DNA of 64,000 nucleotides from Dysgonamonadaceae bacterium (GTDB lineage: Bacteria; Bacteroidota; Bacteroidia; Bacteroidales; Dysgonomonadaceae). Both the position numbers and the translations under genes were made by a program. Position 1 is the first letter of the stretch; the number at the start of each line of letters is the position of its first letter. Of this stretch, positions 39,355 to 48,668 are shown in pieces. Below the pieces are notes generated by a model. The model saw only the letters and a list, made by a program, of their open reading frames with translations, made no database searches and had not been told where the DNA came from. Location of the stretch: the NCBI GenBank assembly GCA_041672395.1, contig JBAYZS010000003.1:6638-70637 (forward strand), written 5' to 3'.

Positions 39355-41442
39355 TTATTCTATTGTTCCAAACTTGTCGAGAATGCGATTGTAGGCTTCT
39401 GCGGCTGCTCCGTTTCCCCAATCATAAATGGTAAACTCACCCATACCTTCACCTTCGGGACCGGTACGTCCGCCATGACCGTAATTCTCCATCGTAAACC
39501 CATAATCCTCAGGTCCAAAGAATGAATTCACTTTCTCCCATTGCTTTTTGGTTACAGGATTCAGTGGACTATACATCATTACGAATGAGGCTTTTAATGC
39601 TGCATTACCTCTTTCGGTATATTCTTGCATGTCAAGCAGTTTGCCGTATTGAAGGATGAGCTCAGCAAACAGACTCTGTCGTGCATCATTCCATTCTGCA
39701 TCTGCATTTAGTACTCCAAAACCACCCAGTACATTCACATACATATATGGCGGTTGCCATGATGCTTGGGTCATTAACAGTTCATCAAGTGTTCGCTGTC
39801 CCAGTTCCAGGTAGCGCTGTTGTTTTGTTATCCGATAGCATTCCAATAGAGCTTCAGCTGTCCAGAACATTGAAAAATTGTTTTGCTTGTACATGTTATT
39901 TCTCGTTACTTTTTCCCCAACAAGATTATCCGACCCGTAACGTGAACAAGACCAGTAGGTTTCAAAATCTTCCCATCGTCCTGTGGATATGTTTTCTCGG
40001 ATAACCGCATCCATGGATTTTAATGCAGCTTCTTTATATTCTTGTTTTCCGGTTAATTCATAAAGTTTGAGGAGAAAAGTCACTGACATAGAGCTTTCTG
40101 GTGAGTCATTCAAATGGTTCATCGGTTTTAAAGTGTGCAAATCGAGCCATCCTGGAAAGAAGCCATTGGGAAATTGTATCTCCAGTAAAGCTTTTGCATA
40201 ACTTTGTGCATACTGGAGCAGTCGTGCATCTTTCTCCAGTTCATCATACCAGCGCAGCATCAGTAAAGCTGTCCAACTCATGTCAAGTACATGAAAAGGT
40301 GACTCTTTGGGATTCCATGTGTATGGGTTTCGATTAGAATTTCCCCAATAATGGGTATTCCAACCTTTACTGCGATTATACTTTTGCCCATCTATCTCTA
40401 CATCATGCATTTCTGTACCAATTAGTCCATAAAAGAAACCATCGACTTGCGGGAATGAGAGTGCCAGCTCTTTTGTGAGCATCGCTTTTTCCATCAATTT
40501 CGCATTTCCTGTTCTTCGGGCATACCGAAACAGACCGCTGGCAGATCGTAATGAGCTGAACCATGCCTGGTTCCATATCGATCTGAATTCACGTTCATTG
40601 ACCTTGCCTGGGTAATTGGGACTCTGCGTGACATTCACTATAAATACCGGTGCACCCACTTTTTTCCCGTCCAGTTTAAACTCTTGCCAAACGTTATCGG
40701 ACCAAGTATTGAATGCCCAGTTATAGGTATGTTCCACATATTTTTCCAGATTTACATTAACGGGATTTCCCGTCTGATAGAGAGCGTGTCCCCAGCGTTG
40801 CCAAAGGAATTCAAGTGGTTTTCGAAATGGGTTTTGCACTATTTGTACATCAGTGTAATGCATCAGATAAAATCCTATCTCTACTTCACCCTGAAGATAT
40901 TCGGCCCCCTTTTCCCTCAGAAAGAGCACATGATCATCAACTCTGCTGTTGCTCATCCCCAATTTCAGTCGGTTATTCGGGGCATCAAGATCGAGGTACC
41001 ATCTTACGGGAGTTCCTTTTTTCATGATGTCCAAATCGGGTATCAGCGCCATCATCTGTTCATTGTCTGAGACAATCAACGCTGGGGAACGAAATACATG
41101 TTGGTCGATAATGTGGTCAGCAGTGGGAGTCAAATGTGGCGACCAGTGGAAGGAAGGTTTGAATCTGGGAGTTACAACCACTTGCCAGTCATTCTGTTGC
41201 AAAGATTTATCGAGTTTAAAACTAATCTTTACATGCAGACAATTGTCATTAATAACGGTGATTTTAGTTTTCCCTTTACTCTTTCCTAATTGGTCGTAAT
41301 GAATATTTTGCGTCACTTGATCCTTGGGAAAAGACGTTTTTATAACCTCCGTCTGCTTTTTGGGCAGCATCGGTTCCTGGGCAATCAGCAAGAAAACCGA
41401 TGCACATAATCCGAATAGGGTGGTACAAAAACGTCTTTTCAT
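39355..41442 (-). CDS. Secreted protein of unknown function with a beta-rich N-terminal half and a helical-repeat ((alpha/alpha)6-like) C-terminal half
   Basis: Signal peptide MKRRFCTTLFGLCASVFLLIAQEP, using the ATG at 41442 because the listed start at 41451 is a TTG. The C-terminal 350 aa contain regularly spaced aromatic-rich helix pairs (WTALLMLRWYDE.., YAKALLEIQFPNGFFPGW, VTFLLKLYELTG.., FWTAEALLECYRIT..). Confidence 0.6.
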   Translation of the reverse strand: MKRRFCTTLFGLCASVFLLIAQEPMLPKKQTEVIKTSFPKDQVTQNIHYDQLGKSKGKTKITVINDNCLHVKISFKLDKSLQQNDWQVVVTPRFKPSFHWSPHLTPTADHIIDQHVFRSPALIVSDNEQMMALIPDLDIMKKGTPVRWYLDLDAPNNRLKLGMSNSRVDDHVLFLREKGAEYLQGEVEIGFYLMHYTDVQIVQNPFRKPLEFLWQRWGHALYQTGNPVNVNLEKYVEHTYNWAFNTWSDNVWQEFKLDGKKVGAPVFIVNVTQSPNYPGKVNEREFRSIWNQAWFSSLRSASGLFRYARRTGNAKLMEKAMLTKELALSFPQVDGFFYGLIGTEMHDVEIDGQKYNRSKGWNTHYWGNSNRNPYTWNPKESPFHVLDMSWTALLMLRWYDELEKDARLLQYAQSYAKALLEIQFPNGFFPGWLDLHTLKPMNHLNDSPESSMSVTFLLKLYELTGKQEYKEAALKSMDAVIRENISTGRWEDFETYWSCSRYGSDNLVGEKVTRNNMYKQNNFSMFWTAEALLECYRITKQQRYLELGQRTLDELLMTQASWQPPYMYVNVLGGFGVLNADAEWNDARQSLFAELILQYGKLLDMQEYTERGNAALKASFVMMYSPLNPVTKKQWEKVNSFFGPEDYGFTMENYGHGGRTGPEGEGMGEFTIYDWGNGAAAEAYNRILDKFGTIE

Positions 41443-41451
41443 TATCCTCAA

Positions 41452-43395
41452 TTATTCTTCTATTCGTTCAAGTGTGATTAATGTGAGCTCAAACAAATTA
41501 GCTTTCCCTTTGTCTCTGACATGAACCGTAATTGAGTTTATTTGAGGAGTAAGTTGAATATCCCCAACATAAACATTCTCTCTGTAGCCATCTTTATCAG
41601 ACTTAGTGGAAATCCAATCCGACAGTTGATTTTGTCGTTGCCATATCTGAAAATCAGCACCCTTGGGACTCTCGTGATAATTAAGCAATACTTTATATTT
41701 GCCTTCAGGTACATCGGTTAGTTTTACTCTTACTGCTCCTTTTCCATAAGATGAGATAGCCAATCCTCTGTCCAGTATAACCTGAATGCCCCGTTCAAGG
41801 GTGATCTCCATTAACTGAGGGAAGAACACATGTTTGTTGGGTAGATATACTTCTCTCAATTCTTCAGTCGGTTCCATTCGGTTTTTGAGCGGTTGATCAG
41901 CATAAAAGAATGCTGTTGAAGCATAATCAACCGGAAAATTGTTCCCCACTTCTCCATGTTCCATAGCAAGATAAATCTCTTTTTCGAAAGAGAGTTTATC
42001 GGAAAGAAAGAAACGGTAAGCACCCGTCCGGTTCATCGGTAATGAGTAGTCTAGTGAGCCATGAAGCGGCATGCTAATTCCACTGTCCCAACGGTCCAAA
42101 AGTGCATACCAGCCACCATTATAATAATCCTCTGATCCGGTGCCATGCATCCGCATTTTACCATCTACATATGTAGAATCATCTCCTTCCCAAAATAAGG
42201 TCATACCCGGTCGCAGTCCCTGTGCATGATGAATAGTTCCAACATAATGGCCTTTGCCTTGAGTTTTCAGAAAGGTGAAGAATTGACCGACTTCTGGTTT
42301 TTCGCGTCTCCACAATGTGTAAAGTTTTCCTTCCTCTTTTTTATCACGTTTATTATCGTTGTAATATACTTTTGCCGTCACGGATACAGGGTTCTGTTGA
42401 ACACCTTCCCGCTTTTTATATATCAGCTTCATCTCTGCCGATTTGTCGTATGGCATCGGGAGATAACTGTAGTTGGTGGTTCCATGGCGTCCCATAATAA
42501 TGCTACGCATTGCCGGTTTTCCAAATGCATATCCGAAGAAATCAGCTACCGGTGCATAAATTGCTTCTACTGGTTCGTTATCCCATTTGGCTGACAAGAT
42601 GATGTCTTTGTAAAATCCTTCAAATGACGTACCACCATCGATATCAAAACCTGCGATGCGACCACCTTCAGACTTGTCAAAAAATGTAACCTCTTCACCT
42701 GGAAGGATGGTAAAAGTCTTTACTTCTGTTTGGAGTTGAGTCGACTTTCCAAAAGCGTATTGATTGACAGTAGGTGATATGTTGCCCCATAAAGTGTTCA
42801 CCTCTGACAATAATTGTTTGTCTGTTTCAGAAAAAACACCTGTCCAGCTTTCTACATTTAACCTCGGTAGTTTGCGGTATTGAATCTGATGAAACATGAT
42901 CTTTTCTCCTTGAAACACAATCTTAAGTGATTTCTTGAATGGGATTGGAATATAGCAGTAATATCCACCAATTTCGTTACCCACAACCGGTTTAACAAAC
43001 GGATACACCTTACCTGAAAAGAGATCAATAAACTTTATTTTCAAACGTGGTTCCTTTTCACCATCAAAATAGAAAGCAAGCGTATCTTCAGTTGGAGTGG
43101 GGGTCCAGATTCGGTTTACAACACCCGGACCTTCAAACTCTGCCAGAACCAAATTGTCTTTTTCTTTGCGGATGTATGAGTACTTACCCGAGAATCCATC
43201 ATCATTACCTCCAGTCCTGTCATAACTTGATTCCTGGTCAATCAACTGGTTATGTCGGTAACGGGGAAGTTGATCCACACTTTTTAATTGTTTTACCTCA
43301 TCACTCCAATGATAGGTATTATTTTGACTTTGTGCCTGAAAAACTCCTGCCAGAAACAGAATTGCAACTAAAATTTTTAATGAGACTCTTTTCAT
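41452..43395 (-). CDS. DUF2961 / GH172-family protein with a C-terminal extra domain
   Basis: Signal peptide present. DUF2961 blocks: SSYDRTGGNDDG, GPGVVNRIWTPTP, FYFDGE, GTGSEDYYNGGWY, YRFFLSDKLSFEKEI and EHG..GNNFPVDYASTAFFYAD. About 120 further residues (KLTDVPEGKYKVLLNYHESPKGADFQIW) follow the core. Confidence 0.85.
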   Translation of the reverse strand: MKRVSLKILVAILFLAGVFQAQSQNNTYHWSDEVKQLKSVDQLPRYRHNQLIDQESSYDRTGGNDDGFSGKYSYIRKEKDNLVLAEFEGPGVVNRIWTPTPTEDTLAFYFDGEKEPRLKIKFIDLFSGKVYPFVKPVVGNEIGGYYCYIPIPFKKSLKIVFQGEKIMFHQIQYRKLPRLNVESWTGVFSETDKQLLSEVNTLWGNISPTVNQYAFGKSTQLQTEVKTFTILPGEEVTFFDKSEGGRIAGFDIDGGTSFEGFYKDIILSAKWDNEPVEAIYAPVADFFGYAFGKPAMRSIIMGRHGTTNYSYLPMPYDKSAEMKLIYKKREGVQQNPVSVTAKVYYNDNKRDKKEEGKLYTLWRREKPEVGQFFTFLKTQGKGHYVGTIHHAQGLRPGMTLFWEGDDSTYVDGKMRMHGTGSEDYYNGGWYALLDRWDSGISMPLHGSLDYSLPMNRTGAYRFFLSDKLSFEKEIYLAMEHGEVGNNFPVDYASTAFFYADQPLKNRMEPTEELREVYLPNKHVFFPQLMEITLERGIQVILDRGLAISSYGKGAVRVKLTDVPEGKYKVLLNYHESPKGADFQIWQRQNQLSDWISTKSDKDGYRENVYVGDIQLTPQINSITVHVRDKGKANLFELTLITLERIEE

Positions 43396-43414
43396 TGTTA
43401 TTCTTTATATGATT

Positions 43415-44605
43415 TCATTCATTACCCCACAAATTAGGATCATTACCTTTTGATTTTCTCCATGCATCGCGCCATTTATGAATATCCATGTGATTAATAA
43501 ATGGTTTTAGTGCTCGTTGAGCTTTTGTCGGTGCAGGAGTAAGAGCTACTGCACTATCTTGATACCAGTAAGCTACTGAAGCCAGATCCAACGTTAAATT
43601 ATTGTTTGAACCATGCTCAATTGTTCCTTTTACCTCTGTTTCAAAGAATATGGGATCATTAATGAAGAAACGATAAACATGAGTACGACCAAGCCAGCCA
43701 ACATCGTTATTTACACGTGGATAGCCAAAATAGGGATGTGAAAATGGTTCCTTTGGACACCATGACGTGTTGAAAAAATCTTCGGTGCCTGTTCCAATTA
43801 AAGAAGGGGATTTTTCTCCATCAATAAACCACATATCATCTCCTTCTCCATACCACATTGGAGTAGGTGAATGCACATAGTAATTTATACCAATAAAATG
43901 TCCTTTTCCTTTTGTGTTGATGAAAACATAATTTTGTTCTCCCGTTTTGTTAGGATGTTGTGCTCCGGTAAGCCCCCATTCAGTCTCTCCTTCAGGAAGA
44001 GCATCTGTAAGATTATGGTTGTACCAGGCATGAAAACGTCCCATATCTTCAGGTAGCTTATCCATTTGTAAATAATCTACATAAAAATAGAATGCGTTGA
44101 TAGTCTTATCAGTCTGATTTTCAATTTCTATTCGGGCACCTTTAGCAAATGGCATTGCAAAATAACTTGTTAGACCTGTTCCGTTTTCAGGTCCGGCCGA
44201 AAGTGGAAAGGAGGCGTAGTTATATCGTTCATCCCATCCTTGTCCAAAGAAAGGTCCGATAGGTGATTCAACTGATGGATAATCGTTTCCATCCCAATAC
44301 ATTCTGATGATAATATCATTTCTGCTCAGTTCATCCGGAGGAGGGGCAATTGTAATCCAAATGTGATTGATTACTCCTGCTCCTTTAATCTCAGCGATAG
44401 TTCTTTTTTCTCCCGGCGCAAATGTTTCCAGATGATCTCTGTTTCCTCCCGTTGGATCAGTACTGGAAATTCGTTTATTTTTAATTCCTGTTTTTAGCTT
44501 TGCCAAATCTAACATTTCTCCGGTCATATTTTCTTGAGCAATCGCAGGAAAACTAAACAGTAAAACCAATAGGAGTGACAAACTTTTTTTTAATAAATTC
44601 TTCAT
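43415..44605 (-). CDS. DUF2961 / GH172-family protein
   Basis: Signal peptide MKNLLKKSLSLLLVLLFSFPAIAQ, using the ATG at 44605 because the listed start at 44650 is a TTG inside fucI. Blocks: STDPTGGNRD, GAGVINHIWITI, MYWDGNDYPSVESPIGPFFG, GTGTEDFFNTSW, YRFFINDPIFFE and EHGSNN...ASVAYWYQ. Confidence 0.9.
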   Translation of the reverse strand: MKNLLKKSLSLLLVLLFSFPAIAQENMTGEMLDLAKLKTGIKNKRISSTDPTGGNRDHLETFAPGEKRTIAEIKGAGVINHIWITIAPPPDELSRNDIIIRMYWDGNDYPSVESPIGPFFGQGWDERYNYASFPLSAGPENGTGLTSYFAMPFAKGARIEIENQTDKTINAFYFYVDYLQMDKLPEDMGRFHAWYNHNLTDALPEGETEWGLTGAQHPNKTGEQNYVFINTKGKGHFIGINYYVHSPTPMWYGEGDDMWFIDGEKSPSLIGTGTEDFFNTSWCPKEPFSHPYFGYPRVNNDVGWLGRTHVYRFFINDPIFFETEVKGTIEHGSNNNLTLDLASVAYWYQDSAVALTPAPTKAQRALKPFINHMDIHKWRDAWRKSKGNDPNLWGNE

Positions 44606-44619
44606 GATCTTAAGTATAT

Positions 44620-46395
44620 TTATTTGTATAATGGACCAAAAGTAGCACAAGCACGATAATCTGCTCCTTCGTTATCTGATCCGAATGAACTCCAAGTCGA
44701 CGGACGGAAAATTTTGTTTTCGTCTACATTATGCATGTTTACTGGGATTGAAAGGGTTGAACATAAGGTGATTAAGTCTGCTCCAATATGGCCATAACTG
44801 ATGGCGCCATGGTTCGCTCCCCAATAATTCATAACTGAATATACATCTGCAAAACGACCTTTTCCGGTTGTTCGTGGTATAAAGAAGGTCGATGGCCACG
44901 TTTTGTCGGTTCGTTTATCAATGATATCAAAAACGTCGTCAGGAAAGGTAGCGGTCCAACCTTCAGCAATCTGCATGACAGGACCTAAACCTTTTACTAG
45001 ATTGATACGGCACATTGTAACTGGCATTCCATGTCGGGTAATAAACTTGGAAGAATAACCGCCACCTCTCATATATTCAAGGTTTGAAGGATACCATGTC
45101 GTAGCATCTAACATTTTGTCAACTTCTTTTTTAGTTATTTCCCAAAATGGTTTCATAACTGGATTACCTTCACTGTCGGATTGTTGACCGCTTCCATCTA
45201 AAGTACATGAACCTGAATTAATTAAATGAATGGCTCCGTCTTTTAATAATCCGTCTGGTTTCCAGCCGCTTACTCTTTCTATTGCTGTTGGACTCCAATA
45301 GGTTCTTACGTCTGCAAACATTTGAGAAGTGTTTGTGAGTAGATGATTGAACAACATACTGATTCCATTCAAATGGTCGTCTTCTGTAGCGAATATAAAT
45401 GCTTCTCGTATTCCATTCCAGTCGAATGAGGAATTTAATATTGCTTCTGAAAAATCACCGTCTGGCAAAAAATCTGTCCATTGTCTTTGTCCCTGAAATC
45501 CACCCGCAATTGCATTATGTCCAAGTGCTTCTTCTCCCCAACCCATTTCGTCAAGTTTGGGATTACCAAACATTAGGTCTCTCATAATCAAGGTCATCTT
45601 AACAACAAACTCCCAGTCCTTGTCTTTTTGTTCTCTCGAGTGAATCAAATGGGGGGGATTATAGTCTTCTCCTTCACGACTCATGCAATTCTCTTTTGTC
45701 CATGTCATGGCTTTTTGAAATTCTTCTTTGTCATATATCTCAAGTTGTATGCGACGGAGTATCTCACTTGAATCAACAAATTCAGTTCGCATGCCAAGAT
45801 ATTCTTGAAGAAAATCGGGGTTGACCATCGAGCCGCCAATGCCCATAGAAACTGAACCAATCGCTAAATATGATTTTCCTTTCATCTGGGCTAAAGCTAA
45901 TCCGGCGCGGGCAAATCGAAGTAGTTTTTCTTTTACATCTTCTGGAATAGTGGGATCGCCTACATCCTGAACATCTCTGCCATATATTCCAAATGTTGGT
46001 AATCCCTTTTGATTATGGACTGCTAATGCAGCTGCCAAATAAACAGCTCCCGGACGTTCTGTTCCATTAAAACCCCAAATAGCTTTTGGAATATTTGGAT
46101 TCATGTCTATTGTTTCAGATCCATAACACCAGCATGAAGAAACTGAAAGTGAGAGCCCAACATTCTCTCTTTCAAATTTTTCGGCACACATTGATGCTTC
46201 TTTCACACCACCAATGCATGTATTTGCTATTACACATTGAACCGGACTTCCGTCGGGATACTTTAGCGTTTCCTTGTATAGTTTTTCTACTTTTTTGGCA
46301 AGATTCATAGTTGTTTCTTCCAATGATTCTCTGATACCTTTTCTTCGACCATCAATAACGGGACGAATTCCAATTTTTGGATAACTTGTTTTCAT
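44620..46395 (-). CDS. fucI: L-fucose isomerase (also a D-arabinose isomerase in characterised homologs)
   Basis: 591 aa, the same length class as E. coli FucI. The N-terminus [21 protein letters not shown] and the later blocks are collinear with FucI. Confidence 0.93.
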   Translation of the reverse strand: MKTSYPKIGIRPVIDGRRKGIRESLEETTMNLAKKVEKLYKETLKYPDGSPVQCVIANTCIGGVKEASMCAEKFERENVGLSLSVSSCWCYGSETIDMNPNIPKAIWGFNGTERPGAVYLAAALAVHNQKGLPTFGIYGRDVQDVGDPTIPEDVKEKLLRFARAGLALAQMKGKSYLAIGSVSMGIGGSMVNPDFLQEYLGMRTEFVDSSEILRRIQLEIYDKEEFQKAMTWTKENCMSREGEDYNPPHLIHSREQKDKDWEFVVKMTLIMRDLMFGNPKLDEMGWGEEALGHNAIAGGFQGQRQWTDFLPDGDFSEAILNSSFDWNGIREAFIFATEDDHLNGISMLFNHLLTNTSQMFADVRTYWSPTAIERVSGWKPDGLLKDGAIHLINSGSCTLDGSGQQSDSEGNPVMKPFWEITKKEVDKMLDATTWYPSNLEYMRGGGYSSKFITRHGMPVTMCRINLVKGLGPVMQIAEGWTATFPDDVFDIIDKRTDKTWPSTFFIPRTTGKGRFADVYSVMNYWGANHGAISYGHIGADLITLCSTLSIPVNMHNVDENKIFRPSTWSSFGSDNEGADYRACATFGPLYK

Positions 46396-46453
46396 TTCTA
46401 TTTAGTATTTAAATGTAAATTGTTAAACTGAATCACTAATTTTTTTATAAAAC

Positions 46454-47452
46454 TTATTCACGAACTTCCAATTCTGCTTCAATAATGCAGTTCTTAATTT
46501 CGTAATTTTTCATCTCCATCTGGTCTGTAAGTAATTGCATTGCATTTTTTGCCATTTCTTCGATAGGCTGTTTAATAAAAGGAATATTTAATGGTAGAAT
46601 ATAAAAGGCATCACTCTCATCGAAGCACATTAACTGAATATCGCTTTGATATTGTTTTTGTTTGTATAATTCCTTGATGCCACTTATTGAAATAGAGTTT
46701 GTTGTAAAATAGATTGCGTCTATAGTTGGCTCGTTAGATAATAATTCATGAATGACTTTTTCCATATCACTATTCAAAAATTCATACCGGACCATTTTTA
46801 TGTTTTTTTCATTGTAAAAATTAGCATTTTTAGTTGCTTCAACATATCCTCTATTTCGTTCATTTATATGAAACTGAGTCTGTTTATAAGTGATAAGAGC
46901 AATATTTTTAAAGCCTTTTTCAATTAGTTTTGAAATAGCATAATACGAAATTTCGAAATTATTAATTAATACTGAACATACATTAATTTCTGGAAAGTTT
47001 CTGTCGACCAGCACCAACGGAATTTTTTCATTTGCCAAATATTGGATAGTTTTTTCACTACCGGCAGGAGGGGTAATAACAAAACCATCTACTTGTCTTG
47101 ATTTCAATAGATTAACCATCTTGTCCATCTCTGATGATTCCTCATTTGTGTTAGCAATGATTACAGCATAACCTTTTTTTTCGGCCTCATTTTGTATATA
47201 TAATGCAAGCTTACCAAAAAAAACATTTGAAATATCCGCAACAATTAAACCAATTGTTGCGGATTTACCTATCTTCAAACCCTTGGCAAAGGAATTAGGA
47301 GTGTAATGTAATTCTTCGGCCTTTTCAAGTATCTTTTTAGAGGTTTCTTCGCTAACCCTCCCTTTTATGTTTTTTCCATTCAATACAAGAGACACTGTAG
47401 CGATAGAAACTCCAATTTCATCGGCAATATATTTCAAGGATATTTTTTCCAT
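46454..47452 (-). CDS. LacI-family transcriptional regulator
   Basis: N-terminal helix-turn-helix LKYIADEIGVSIATVSLVLNGK..., the hinge YTPNSFAKGLK and a periplasmic-binding-protein-like sugar-sensor domain. 332 aa. Confidence 0.9.
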   Translation of the reverse strand: MEKISLKYIADEIGVSIATVSLVLNGKNIKGRVSEETSKKILEKAEELHYTPNSFAKGLKIGKSATIGLIVADISNVFFGKLALYIQNEAEKKGYAVIIANTNEESSEMDKMVNLLKSRQVDGFVITPPAGSEKTIQYLANEKIPLVLVDRNFPEINVCSVLINNFEISYYAISKLIEKGFKNIALITYKQTQFHINERNRGYVEATKNANFYNEKNIKMVRYEFLNSDMEKVIHELLSNEPTIDAIYFTTNSISISGIKELYKQKQYQSDIQLMCFDESDAFYILPLNIPFIKQPIEEMAKNAMQLLTDQMEMKNYEIKNCIIEAELEVRE

Positions 47453-47508
47453 AATATTTCTCTTTTAATTTTTCTATTGAATTTAAATAAACGTATAGAG
47501 TTATAAGA

Positions 47509-48666
47509 TTAATTATTGCTAGCTATATCCACGCTCATCAAAAAAACGTTATATGGCTCCCATAAAGACATCAGAAAATAAAGTTTATCTTCATGTATCT
47601 TTAAAGGATGTATAAATGCACAATATAATCCGGGATATTCATTATCAGAAACCAATATTTTTGGTTTGCTCCACTCCGTAATATTATCTGCATCCCTATA
47701 TACTATAGCATGTTTCCTTTGAGGATTATTGGGGTCGCATGCATAATCATAATTATGGGTTAAAATCCATTTATTATATTTTTCGTGATATATTAGAGAC
47801 GCTTCACCAACGGGAGCCGGAATAATCGGAGTTGCTTCATTTTCATTGCCCTTAATCCATTGCTTAGATCTTCCGTTCCAATATTCATATTCGTTCATCT
47901 TCAATATATTATCCTCTTTAAAACGAGCAAGATAACCATCATCTCCTCTTCCTGAACATGTTCCAATCATATAAACAATGCCATCTTTCTTTGCATAAGT
48001 TACCTGTGAAAAATGACTTAAAGGATTAAAAGTTATTTCCTCTTTTCTTTGCCATGTTTTTCCATTATCTTAGGAGGCGTTAAGAGATGAAAAATTCGTA
48101 AGCCAAGAACAATCATGACCTGCCCAATCGTGAATATTCATATAATGAACATAATCAACTCCGTTTGCGCGAATTGCAGATGTAGGTATCGAAGTTTGAT
48201 ACTTTTCGGGATTTGTTTTACCTCCTGCAATAATTTCTCGTGCTTTTCCATCTAAATCTAATGCCATTCCAGAAATAGATAATCCATCTTCTAAGTTTGT
48301 GTCTTCTGAAAATGCCAAAACATTAGAACGCCAGTTAGAACCATTTCCACCTCCGCCATTTAGAAATGGTCGAAACCCCTCGCCATGGGTATCACCAAAG
48401 AATATTCCGATTTTATCTCCATCCATATGCCACATAATACCTAAATCAGTTCCTAAAACATCATAAGTCGCAGTATTATTAGGATTAGGAAAATTTTCAT
48501 CGGGCATCGAATTCCCGGTAACACGGGCAATTCGTTTGAGATTTGAAATATTAATAGATGGCTCTTTAATTATTTGTACTTTATCGGCATTACTATTATT
48601 TTTTTTTATCATCGTTTGAACATGCAATTAACAAAAGTGAGATTAAAAGAATGAATATATTTCCAT
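47509..48666 (-). pseudogene. DUF4185 / GH183-like (endo-D-arabinofuranase family) lipoprotein gene disrupted by an in-frame TAA and an out-of-frame signal peptide
   Basis: The ORFs 48070-48627 and 47509-47970 are in the same frame and are separated only by TAA at 48070-48072. The 99 nt between them translate without a stop (DNGKTWQRKEEITFNPLSHFSQVTYAKKDGIVY-MIGTC...). DUF4185-like blocks are present: GTDLGIMWHMDGDKIGIFFGDTHG, S*DNGKTW and VGEASLIYHEKYNKWIL. A lipoprotein signal peptide (IFILLISLLLIACSNDDKKK) lies in a different frame upstream of an A9 run at 48599-48607. Confidence 0.78.
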
Positions 48667-48668
48667 AT

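Noticed and set aside
40684-41524. A cluster of plus-strand ORFs (63-128 aa) opposite the 698-aa gene
   Set aside because: They overlap each other in different frames and are all antisense to a long intact minus-strand ORF. None has a recognisable domain. I treat them as spurious.
44620-46395. Reading the fucI/fucP region as a standard L-fucose utilisation operon
   Set aside because: No fucA aldolase or FucK-type kinase is present in the window. The kinase present is AraB-like, and the neighbours are D-arabinofuranosidase-family genes. L-fucose use cannot be excluded without experiments.
48070-48072. The in-frame TAA in the DUF4185 gene as evidence of stop-codon reassignment or programmed read-through
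   Set aside because: TAA terminates many well-supported genes in this window at the expected protein ends, including fucI, the 647-aa GH172 gene, the transposase and the 726-aa and 452-aa genes. The same gene also has a frame-disrupted N-terminus, so ordinary pseudogenisation or sequencing error is the simpler explanation.
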